From positions 1-39,681 of the IMG/VR virus record IMGVR_UViG_3300035002_000031: 39,681 nt of DNA. One strand, given 5' to 3'. Of this stretch, positions 1 through 7,102 are shown one piece after another; position 1 is the first letter of the stretch, and each line of letters begins with the position of its first letter. A program made the translations under genes and the position numbers. The DNA is from a virus (taxonomy: Duplodnaviria > Caudoviricetes). The notes below the pieces were generated by a model, which was not told the DNA's origin, made no database searches, and was given only the letters and a program-made list of their open reading frames with translations.

Positions 1-43
1 GTGGTACCGGAGGTTGCGGGTTCAATCCCCGTAGGTCGCCCCA
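1..43 (+). tRNA. 3' half of tRNA-His(GTG), likely the att core (5' half lies outside the window)
   Basis: Begins with GTG (anticodon). T-arm GCGGG-TTCAATC-CCCGT at 16-32, acceptor strand 33-39, discriminator C at 40, CCA at 41-43. Confidence 0.8.
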
Positions 44-123
44 ACACCCTCAACAACTTAGAGTATTACTTACCAGAGCGCCCCAGTTCATTTGAACAGG
101 CGGGCTTGGGACTCGACACGTCT

Positions 124-138
124 GTTCTTTATGTGTTC
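124..138 (+). promoter_or_regulatory. Alphaproteobacterial LexA (SOS) box
   Basis: GTTC-tttatgt-GTTC is an exact GTTC-N7-GTTC, 9 nt upstream of ATG148 in an AT-rich patch. Confidence 0.75.
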
Positions 139-147
139 TCTATTCCG

Positions 148-327
148 ATGATTCGCCAACCGCCCGCCAACGACGACGGCCTTCCCCTCGAATGCGGCAG
201 CTGCGGCGCGACCGGCGAGCTTGCCGCGGTCGACGGCGCGCTCAGCCCATCCGACGGCTTCGTGATGGTCGACGGCTCGCCGCAGTGCCGCTGTGGCGGC
301 CTCGCCGGGCTGAGGCTGCCGGCATGA
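148..327 (+). CDS. Small Cys-containing protein (59 aa), possible Zn ribbon
   Basis: ATG148 follows the LexA box. Contains CGSC and CRCG. Stop overlaps the next start (ATGA). Confidence 0.55.
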   Translation: MIRQPPANDDGLPLECGSCGATGELAAVDGALSPSDGFVMVDGSPQCRCGGLAGLRLPA

Positions 328-566
328 TGCATGACCTCGACGACGACGCTCTACGCGCCTTCCTGACCCGCGCGATCGAGAAGACGCCGCAGGACGCCCG
401 GAACCGCTTCGCCCGGCGCGCCGAGACCATGGGCGCCGGCTCGATCGCGATCATCATCGCCAAGGAGATGAGGCGGGCCGGCATGGTGGTGCAGGTGGAG
501 GTGGTCGATGCCGATTCGGCGCGCGAGGCGGCGCAGATCGCCTACAACCGCACCGTACAGAAATAG
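324..566 (+). CDS. Hypothetical protein (80 aa)
   Basis: ATGA coupling to the upstream ORF; ordinary helical-protein composition (MMHDLDDDALRAFL...). Confidence 0.65.
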   Translation: MMHDLDDDALRAFLTRAIEKTPQDARNRFARRAETMGAGSIAIIIAKEMRRAGMVVQVEVVDADSAREAAQIAYNRTVQK

Positions 567-614
567 GCGCCCGAGCCGAGACCCGAGCGCCAGTCGTTCC
601 CTGGGGAGGAATTG

Positions 615-761
615 CTAGTCCGGCGAATGCCCGTTGACGATCGACACGACATCGGCGCCGATGTCGGCCACCACCGCGGGGTTCTTCACCCCGACCAGCC
701 CGAGCAGGACGGTGGCGAGCGGCAGCAGGAATCGCTTCTTCTTCCAGAACGGCTTCATCAT
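615..761 (-). CDS. Small cationic/hydrophobic membrane peptide (48 aa), last lysis-cassette gene; not in the ORF track
   Basis: Manual translation: MMKPFWKKKRFLLPLATVLLGLVGVKNPAVVADIGADVVSIVNGHSPD*. GGGAG RBS; start overlaps the stop of 758-1021. Confidence 0.65.
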   Translation of the reverse strand: MMKPFWKKKRFLLPLATVLLGLVGVKNPAVVADIGADVVSIVNGHSPD

Positions 762-1021
762 CTGTCTCCCTTGAGGCGCTGGACCTTCGACGCAACAGTC
801 GACCCGAACCAGAAAGCGCCGACACCGACGACCAGGTTGTTCCAGGTCTGGATCAGCCCGGCGCTCGCCGCTCCGGTCGCGTCGTGCGCGAGGGTCCAGC
901 CGGTGACGCCGACGAACGCGGTGAGGATGCCGACCGACAGCCAGAGCAGCGGCCGATAGCCCGGCGTCGGCTTTTCGGGCTCGCGCTGCAGCTCCTCGGC
1001 GGGTGGGAGGTCGGCGGTCAT
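758..1021 (-). CDS. Holin-like two-TM membrane protein
   Basis: Two hydrophobic segments ending VGAFWFGS plus a basic tail; directly after the endolysin with ATGA overlap. Confidence 0.7.
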   Translation of the reverse strand: MTADLPPAEELQREPEKPTPGYRPLLWLSVGILTAFVGVTGWTLAHDATGAASAGLIQTWNNLVVGVGAFWFGSTVASKVQRLKGDR

Positions 1022-1503
1022 GCCGCCAGCGCCCCGCCGGTGATGCGCACCATCTCAGCGAAGTCGCCGCGGTACAACGCGGCTTCGGCGCGGCGCCGCT
1101 TCGTCAGACCCGGCATGACGCGCCCGCCGGCCTTGTTCCAGAGCAGGAAGGCCTGCGCAGCGCCGGCATGGTCGCCGGCCTTGTGCAGCCGCGCCACCGA
1201 GCAACGACGGAACGCGTCGACGCCGATATTGTAGGCGAGCGAGACCATCGCGCCGAACTGCGCCGGGTCAGTCGGCGCCGAACCGATCGCGGCACGAACG
1301 GCGGGCTCGAACTCGTCGGCGAGGCGGGCAGCGAACGCCGCATCGGCCTGCGCCTTGGTCCAGACCAGCCCCCGCTTCACATGCGGCCCGGTGTCGCCGT
1401 AGCCGATCGTCCAGACGCCGGCGGGACAGAGATAGGCCTTGAGCCGCACGCCCTCGAAATGGTGCATCAGCGCCTGAGCCCGCGGTCCGGTTTTCAGCTT
1501 CAT
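1018..1503 (-). CDS. Endolysin, GH24 phage lysozyme
   Basis: FEGVRLKAYLCPAGVWTIGYG (E-x8-C-x5-T), LAYNIG, WNKAGG...GLTKRRRAE. Confidence 0.95.
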   Translation of the reverse strand: MKLKTGPRAQALMHHFEGVRLKAYLCPAGVWTIGYGDTGPHVKRGLVWTKAQADAAFAARLADEFEPAVRAAIGSAPTDPAQFGAMVSLAYNIGVDAFRRCSVARLHKAGDHAGAAQAFLLWNKAGGRVMPGLTKRRRAEAALYRGDFAEMVRITGGALAA

Positions 1504-1607
1504 ACCCACCCCCAAGCCACCGGTCCGACCAGCTTCAGCACCGTCACGAACACCGCGGTCCCCGAGCCGTAGAAGGCCAGCCGCGCACAGAGCAGCGCCA
1601 CGCTCAC
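1500..1607 (-). CDS. Hydrophobic micro-ORF (35 aa); not in the ORF track
   Basis: MSVALLCARLAFYGSGTAVFVTVLKLVGPVAWGWV*. Four-nt start/stop overlaps with both neighbours. Confidence 0.5.
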   Translation of the reverse strand: MSVALLCARLAFYGSGTAVFVTVLKLVGPVAWGWV

Positions 1608-1969
1608 CGCGACGGCACCTTGCGCAGCTCGTCGATCAGGTCCGCCATCACGTCCGGCGTTCCGACCGGCACGTCGAACGCCATGTGGAAGAGCCGGTTC
1701 GCCTCGCGCAGGACCGGGGAGTCGGGCACATGCCGCGCGACCTCGCCCATGAGCATGGTGCAGCCGTTGGTCAGGATCGCGACCCGCCCCTCGAGCTGGA
1801 TCACCTTGGCCTTGAGGTCGCCCACCACGGCCTCAACCGCCTCGTCGACCATCTTCTGCCGGCCGGCGCGCGTCGTGACGGCCCACTTGATCCCGCCACC
1901 GACCGCGACGCCGGCACCGACGATGGCCCCGATGATCGTCGCTACTTCGCCGCCGCTGACTTCTGCCAT
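1604..1969 (-). CDS. Putative holin/antiholin, N-terminal TM plus coiled coil (121 aa)
   Basis: TM segment ATIIGAIVGAGVAVGGGIKWAV; lies between tail fibre and endolysin. Confidence 0.6.
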   Translation of the reverse strand: MAEVSGGEVATIIGAIVGAGVAVGGGIKWAVTTRAGRQKMVDEAVEAVVGDLKAKVIQLEGRVAILTNGCTMLMGEVARHVPDSPVLREANRLFHMAFDVPVGTPDVMADLIDELRKVPSR

Positions 1970-1985
1970 GGCCACGCGCCCCAGC

Positions 1986-2978
1986 TCAAACGCCGCAGTA
2001 GGCGAGGAACGCCTGCAGCTCGTCGTAGCGGATACCCCAATTGTATTTGGGCGTGGTGCCGTCCGCCTCGAACTGCGGGACCGGGTTCCAGTCGATTGCA
2101 TCCTCGACGATCAATTCGACGCCCTCGATCACTTCGAAGTCGGCCGGGACTGGTTCGTTGCGGTAGGCTCGGTCGCGGCACAGGAAGGCATAGCGGAACG
2201 AGTCTGCGATGCCCGCGGCGATCCCCTTGGCGTAGACGCTCTTCGCGCCGACGCCGAAGTGCAGCCGGGCCGCGTCACCCTTCTCCGCGATGGCGTCGTT
2301 CAGCTGATAGCAGCGGAAGTCGGCGCGAATGGCCGTCGCCCATGCGATCTCGCCGGCCGTGGCCCCGCCCGCGCGAAAGGTTTTTTGCGTTTCGTCCGAG
2401 GTGTTGATCGTGCCAGTGCCGGCGTAGACTACCGCCCAGCGAAACGAAGACGTGCCAAGGTTAAGGCTGTTGTCGGTCGTGGGGTAGAACTGCGAGCCAT
2501 CGCCCTGGAAATAGCTGGCGCCCAGGCCGCCGGCCCCGAGTCCGAAAGTGCTAGCCGCGGCGGTGAATTTCGTAACACCACTTCCATCGGTGATCGTGCC
2601 CCCTCCTGGGATGGTGAGGACGCCCGTTATGACCGGATTCGATATCGACGGCGATGTCAGCGTCTTGTTGGTGAGCGTCTGCGCCCCGGTCACCGTTACG
2701 ATGCCGTCTCCCTGGTAGGTCGGCGATCCGGTGAAGTTGAAGTTGCCGCTGATCGCCGTCGTTACGCCGAGCGTCGCCACGCCGGTGAGGTTGTAGCCTC
2801 CCCACCCGATGTTCGCGGTCGGCACGCCCTGGCCGTCGCGCGTGATGCAGTTCGACAGGCCGGCAGCGATGCCATCGGTCTCCGCGTCCATACGGGTGGC
2901 GGAGATCTTGATGCCATTGGCGGCGTCGTTGACCCAATTATAAAGGCGAACGAAAGTCCCGGAGCCGTTGAACGGCAT
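1986..2978 (-). CDS. Tail fibre/spike with C-terminal intramolecular chaperone (peptidase S74-like)
   Basis: Podoviral-type N-terminal anchor (MPFNGSGTF...CITRDG); Thr/Gly-rich shaft with QTLTNKTL; GTINTSDETQK cleavage-like motif; HFGVGA; GIRYDEL. GGAGG RBS. Confidence 0.85.
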   Translation of the reverse strand: MPFNGSGTFVRLYNWVNDAANGIKISATRMDAETDGIAAGLSNCITRDGQGVPTANIGWGGYNLTGVATLGVTTAISGNFNFTGSPTYQGDGIVTVTGAQTLTNKTLTSPSISNPVITGVLTIPGGGTITDGSGVTKFTAAASTFGLGAGGLGASYFQGDGSQFYPTTDNSLNLGTSSFRWAVVYAGTGTINTSDETQKTFRAGGATAGEIAWATAIRADFRCYQLNDAIAEKGDAARLHFGVGAKSVYAKGIAAGIADSFRYAFLCRDRAYRNEPVPADFEVIEGVELIVEDAIDWNPVPQFEADGTTPKYNWGIRYDELQAFLAYCGV

Positions 2979-3090
2979 AGTGCCTCCATGCTGCAGATGC
3001 GCTGGAGGCGGGATTCGGGCGAAGGTGTCCGGAGCGCGCTAGCCAGCGGGTCCGGGCACTGGAGCGCGTAGCTGTTGCCCTATGGCCGCG

Positions 3091-3119
3091 AATATAGCCG
3101 AGTGGCGGGGCGGTGTCAT
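3091..3119 (-). promoter_or_regulatory. Candidate sigma70-type promoter facing the tail fibre gene
   Basis: Minus strand ATGACA-N17-TATATT. Confidence 0.4.
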
Positions 3120-3168
3120 GCCGGGATTTCGTTGCGTGCGGGCGGGGGTTGAGACAGGATGCGACGCC

Positions 3169-3447
3169 GTGAGCACCCTTGCTTTCAGATTCGGCCGCCG
3201 CATCGGCTGGCTGCTGCAGTTCTACCCGGCGCGGCTGGCGGTGAATTTGGCGTATAAGGCGCTAATGCTGCTCATACTGGCAATCTTCCCTGCGGCGCCG
3301 ATCGCGTGGGTGCTCTCGAAGGCAGGCATCGATCCATTCCTCAGCGCCATATTCGGCGGCGCCATCGCGGTGATCGTCGCGCTTTCGGCCGACAAGAGCG
3401 GTGAGGCGTTCCAAGTCCTCACCGGCTGGCCGCGCCGCCGCCGCTAG
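3169..3447 (+). CDS. Membrane protein opposite to the late operon (moron, superinfection-exclusion candidate)
   Basis: GTG3169 after GAGACAGGA; 2-3 hydrophobic segments; basic C-terminus; convergent overlap with 3444-5840. Confidence 0.7.
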   Translation: MSTLAFRFGRRIGWLLQFYPARLAVNLAYKALMLLILAIFPAAPIAWVLSKAGIDPFLSAIFGGAIAVIVALSADKSGEAFQVLTGWPRRRR

Positions 3448-5840
3448 CGTCGCACCGGCGCAATATCGACCCGAAGCAGCTCATTCTCTCCGGCATTGTC
3501 GCGATGCGGCGTGAGCGCGGCCGTGCGCGGGTTGACCAGCCGCCCGAGCAGCCGGTTAACTGCCGCCTCGCCCGCGACACTGTTCGTGCGTGAATAGAGG
3601 TCGTAGAGCGCCGTCGCCGGGTCCGCCGCGGCCTGCGCCTGCTTGGCGCGCAGCGTGTCGTTGGCAGCCTGCCTGCCGGTCGCGGTGAGCCCTTCGCCGA
3701 CCGCTACCGCCCGGCCGCCGCCGGGAATTGCCGAGACGACGCCTTTGGCGATCGTGCTGACAACGCCGGGCTGCTTCTGCGGCTTGGTCGTGCCGTAGAT
3801 GCGCTGCACCATGTTGAACAGCGCCGCCGAGGTGCCGCTGTTGTTCACCGCGCCGGGAACCGCCGTCGTGAGATCGATGCTGGCGCGGGTCAGCGTGCCG
3901 AGCATCGCGCGCTCGTCCTCGCTGAACAGCACCTTGATCTTGTCATTGCCGATCTTGTCGAGCGCCTTCTTGAACGCCGGCCCTGAGAATACGCGCGCGC
4001 CGGCCTCGTTGGGCGCGCGCGTGGGGAAGGCGCTGTCGAGCGCATCGGCGAAGACATGGGCGCGCAGGTCGTTCCAGGCCTGCTGACCCGTAGCCTCGAC
4101 GCCCTCGTCGACACGCTGGCCGATCACCGGCGATGTCAGCGTGTTCTTCAGGTTCTTCAGGTCATTGAGGCCCGACTTGCCGACGATCTCGCGCGCGACA
4201 TTCTCATAGTCGACGGCGCGGTCGGTGCGCGAGGTGAAGGCCATGAGCTTTTCGACGAGCGCCGGCTCCTGGAACGCCATGCCCTTCAGCTGGCGCGCGA
4301 ACCGGGCGTCGTCGAAGATCCCGCCGCGGCCGGTCTTCATCACCGCCTCGTCGATCGCGTCCTTGATCGGCGCGACGAAGCGGTTGTTCTGGCTCGTCGA
4401 GATGGAATTGAGGAACTGGCGGACGTTCTCGGCCTCGTTGATGCTCACCGGCCGCAGGCTGTTGTCGGCATTCAGGATGCCGAAGTCGCGCAGCTGCTGG
4501 GTGACGCCGCGGGCGATGCCGAGGGCGTCTCCGGCCATGAACTCACCCTTGCGCTGGCGCATGGCATTCATAACCGGTGCGAGATCGACGACGGCCTGCT
4601 CGCCAGCCTGCTCGCGCGCAGCGGCATAGGCGGCGTTGATCACGTCGTCGAGTTGCCGTCGCTTGCCCTCCAGCGCGCCAGCCACGCTCTTCCCGGCGTC
4701 ATAGGCGTTGTCGGCCTGGCCGCCGAGACCGGCGCCGAAGCGCGTCGCCGCGTCGGTCAGCTGCTGGTTCTGCGCAAGGCGGGCGTCGCGGACCGGGCCG
4801 CCAGCGGCGACGTCCTTGGCGACCTCGCGCTCGAACTGCTGGTCGGCGAACGATCGCGTCACATCGCCGAGCGTGTAGCTCTTGATCCCGAGCGCTTCGA
4901 AATCAGCGAGACGCTGCAGCTGCTGCGGCGTCAGCTCCGACAGGCCTGCCGCCGAGAGTTGCCGCTGCACCTGCCCGGGCAGGCGCGAAAAGTCGAGCTG
5001 CAGCCCGTCGGGCGCGCCCTGCTGCTGAATGCGCACGGTGATGTCGGACGGCTTGAGGTTGACCTCGCCGAGCGTCTCGAGCGCCTTCCGGATCGCCGAC
5101 ACATCATCGAGAGCGGTGGTTGCGCGCTCCGAGAAGCGGCCGACGAAGTCCTTGGCGGCATTGTAGGCCGGCGCCACCGCGCGACCGGCGAGGCCGAGCA
5201 CTGGCGCGGCGGCGGCGCCGAATGCAGCGCCGGTAGGCAGTTGGCCGATCTGCAGGCCGTCAGCGCCCAAGCTGCCAATCAGGGGATCGTCAGAGGTTGC
5301 CGATACCGCACCAGTCGCCGCGAGCCCCTCAATCGCCCCCTGCGCCGCACGCGCGCCCATCGTGAGCTTTGGCGCCACCTGCAGCGCGCCCTCGACCGCC
5401 GCCGGCGCCGGCGTGGTCGCGGTGAGGTAGCGCGCCACGCCCGGCACCCGCGCCGCCTGCGTCACGGCCGCCCCCGCTATCGGTGCGGCACCCGCGACCT
5501 GGCCGCCGAGCCGCCACCAGTCGAACCCCGCGTCGGGCCCGCGCGCCTGCTCATAGTCGGCCATGCCGCCACGGTTGTCGGCGCGCACCGCGTCCGCGAA
5601 GCCCTGCTCGCCGGGCCAGAGGTCACCGATCGCGGCCAATCCCTCCGCGCCGGTGTCGATCACGTCTTTGACGCCGCGCGCGATACCGACGCCCGCGCGG
5701 CCGACAGCGCCGCCGTTCGACATCATGTACTGCCACCACTCGGGTGGCTGTTCCGGTGCGCCGTCCTGCTCGGCGACCAGCTGCTGGCCGAGCGCCGCCA
5801 GCTGCTCGTCGGTCAGCGTCGAAAGATCCGGCCCTCTCAT
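3444..5840 (-). CDS. Large internal virion / DNA ejection protein
   Basis: 798 aa, Ala/Gly-rich and helical; last of three coupled genes at the P22 gp7/gp20/gp16 position. Confidence 0.7.
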   Translation of the reverse strand: MRGPDLSTLTDEQLAALGQQLVAEQDGAPEQPPEWWQYMMSNGGAVGRAGVGIARGVKDVIDTGAEGLAAIGDLWPGEQGFADAVRADNRGGMADYEQARGPDAGFDWWRLGGQVAGAAPIAGAAVTQAARVPGVARYLTATTPAPAAVEGALQVAPKLTMGARAAQGAIEGLAATGAVSATSDDPLIGSLGADGLQIGQLPTGAAFGAAAAPVLGLAGRAVAPAYNAAKDFVGRFSERATTALDDVSAIRKALETLGEVNLKPSDITVRIQQQGAPDGLQLDFSRLPGQVQRQLSAAGLSELTPQQLQRLADFEALGIKSYTLGDVTRSFADQQFEREVAKDVAAGGPVRDARLAQNQQLTDAATRFGAGLGGQADNAYDAGKSVAGALEGKRRQLDDVINAAYAAAREQAGEQAVVDLAPVMNAMRQRKGEFMAGDALGIARGVTQQLRDFGILNADNSLRPVSINEAENVRQFLNSISTSQNNRFVAPIKDAIDEAVMKTGRGGIFDDARFARQLKGMAFQEPALVEKLMAFTSRTDRAVDYENVAREIVGKSGLNDLKNLKNTLTSPVIGQRVDEGVEATGQQAWNDLRAHVFADALDSAFPTRAPNEAGARVFSGPAFKKALDKIGNDKIKVLFSEDERAMLGTLTRASIDLTTAVPGAVNNSGTSAALFNMVQRIYGTTKPQKQPGVVSTIAKGVVSAIPGGGRAVAVGEGLTATGRQAANDTLRAKQAQAAADPATALYDLYSRTNSVAGEAAVNRLLGRLVNPRTAALTPHRDNAGENELLRVDIAPVRR

Positions 5841-7102
5841 TTCCGCCCCCGCCGCCGCGCGATCTCGGCCGCCACATCGTCGAGCGTCGGCTTACCCGGT
5901 GCCGCCGCTGCCGGCGGCCGCGTGTAAATCTCGGGCGTTTGCACCCGATAGTCGAACGGCAGCGACCCCATGCCCTGCTGGCCGAGGAAGCCGGTCGTCG
6001 CTTCGACGTCGCGGTTGAACGTCGACAGGAAGCGGCTGTTCGCCTGCGCATTGAGCTCGGCAACGCGGCGGATCGCGGCGGGCTCGAGATTGATGTCGCT
6101 GCTCGCCGCGCGCTCGAGGTATTTGATGTCTGCGTTCGACAGCGGCCCGGGCATTTGGTCCTTCAGCGCGAGCGCCGACTTGGCGAGGTCGGCCATCAGC
6201 GCCTGCGTGTTCGCCAGCTTCTCGCGGAAATCCTTCCCGCCGACGGGAAGATAGCGCGCCAGCGTGGTGACCGCGCCCGCACCGGAGCCTGCGATGATCT
6301 GGCCGCTGTCGATCAGCTGCATGACGCGGTTCGCGGCGCCGATGCCGCTCGCCGCCGTCTGCGCCTGCGCGCGCCGCGTCGACAGATCGCCGATCGCCGC
6401 CTTGCCGATCTCGCCGCCGACGGTGTTCGGGATGACGTTGGTGTTGACGCGCGTGGCGCCGGCCGCCGCCTTGCCGATTTCGTAGCTCTGGAAGGCCTCG
6501 TTCGGCACCATCTGGCCATCCGCGCCGATGCGGAACGGCTTATTGGGGTCGGTCGGCAACTGCGATCCGGGCTTCACCTCATATGGATTGATTACAGTGC
6601 CGGTGGTTTCGAGCACCTCCATTTTCTCCCGCGGCAGCACGCCGTCGAGCACCTTGCGCGTGCCACGGTTGCCCAACACAAAGGCTTCTGGCGAGCCGTC
6701 GGCGCGGTTCGCGAATTGCGGCGAGGTGCCGAACTCCTCGGGCTTCATTAGCTCTTTGGCATAGGCGGCGCCAAGATCGCGGTCGAGCGCTGTCAGCTGT
6801 CCGACCCACTGGCCCGTCGCGCCGGCATCGTTCGCGTCCGGCCGCCTTCCAAGCAGGTCGGCGAGGGCGGCACTCTTGCGGCTTGCGTAGGACGCATCTG
6901 CTTCGGACGCTTTGCCTGCGAGCCACCCGCCGCTGAGCTGTTGGGCTAGCTGCGCGACATACTCCATCGGGCTGGTGCGCCCGACCATGCGTCCGCCGGT
7001 CTGCTGAATCGCTGAGATCGGCTGCGAGCCCATCTGCTGCAACTGCGCAGCGAGCATCTTCTGGCGGTCGATTCGCGCGCGCTCGGATGCAAAGTCGGTC
7101 AC
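5837..7102 (-). CDS. Internal virion / DNA ejection protein
   Basis: 421 aa, Gln/Ala-rich, GPLSNADIKYL motif; synteny. Confidence 0.7.
   Translation of the reverse strand: MTDFASERARIDRQKMLAAQLQQMGSQPISAIQQTGGRMVGRTSPMEYVAQLAQQLSGGWLAGKASEADASYASRKSAALADLLGRRPDANDAGATGQWVGQLTALDRDLGAAYAKELMKPEEFGTSPQFANRADGSPEAFVLGNRGTRKVLDGVLPREKMEVLETTGTVINPYEVKPGSQLPTDPNKPFRIGADGQMVPNEAFQSYEIGKAAAGATRVNTNVIPNTVGGEIGKAAIGDLSTRRAQAQTAASGIGAANRVMQLIDSGQIIAGSGAGAVTTLARYLPVGGKDFREKLANTQALMADLAKSALALKDQMPGPLSNADIKYLERAASSDINLEPAAIRRVAELNAQANSRFLSTFNRDVEATTGFLGQQGMGSLPFDYRVQTPEIYTRPPAAAAPGKPTLDDVAAEIARRRGRK

Noticed and set aside
1-147. N-terminal extension of ORF 1-327
   Set aside because: Overlaps the tRNA end and LexA box; ATG148 is the plausible start.
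1986-3447. Diversity-generating retroelement at the tail fibre, as in BPP-1
   Set aside because: No reverse transcriptase and no TR/VR repeat pair seen in the window.
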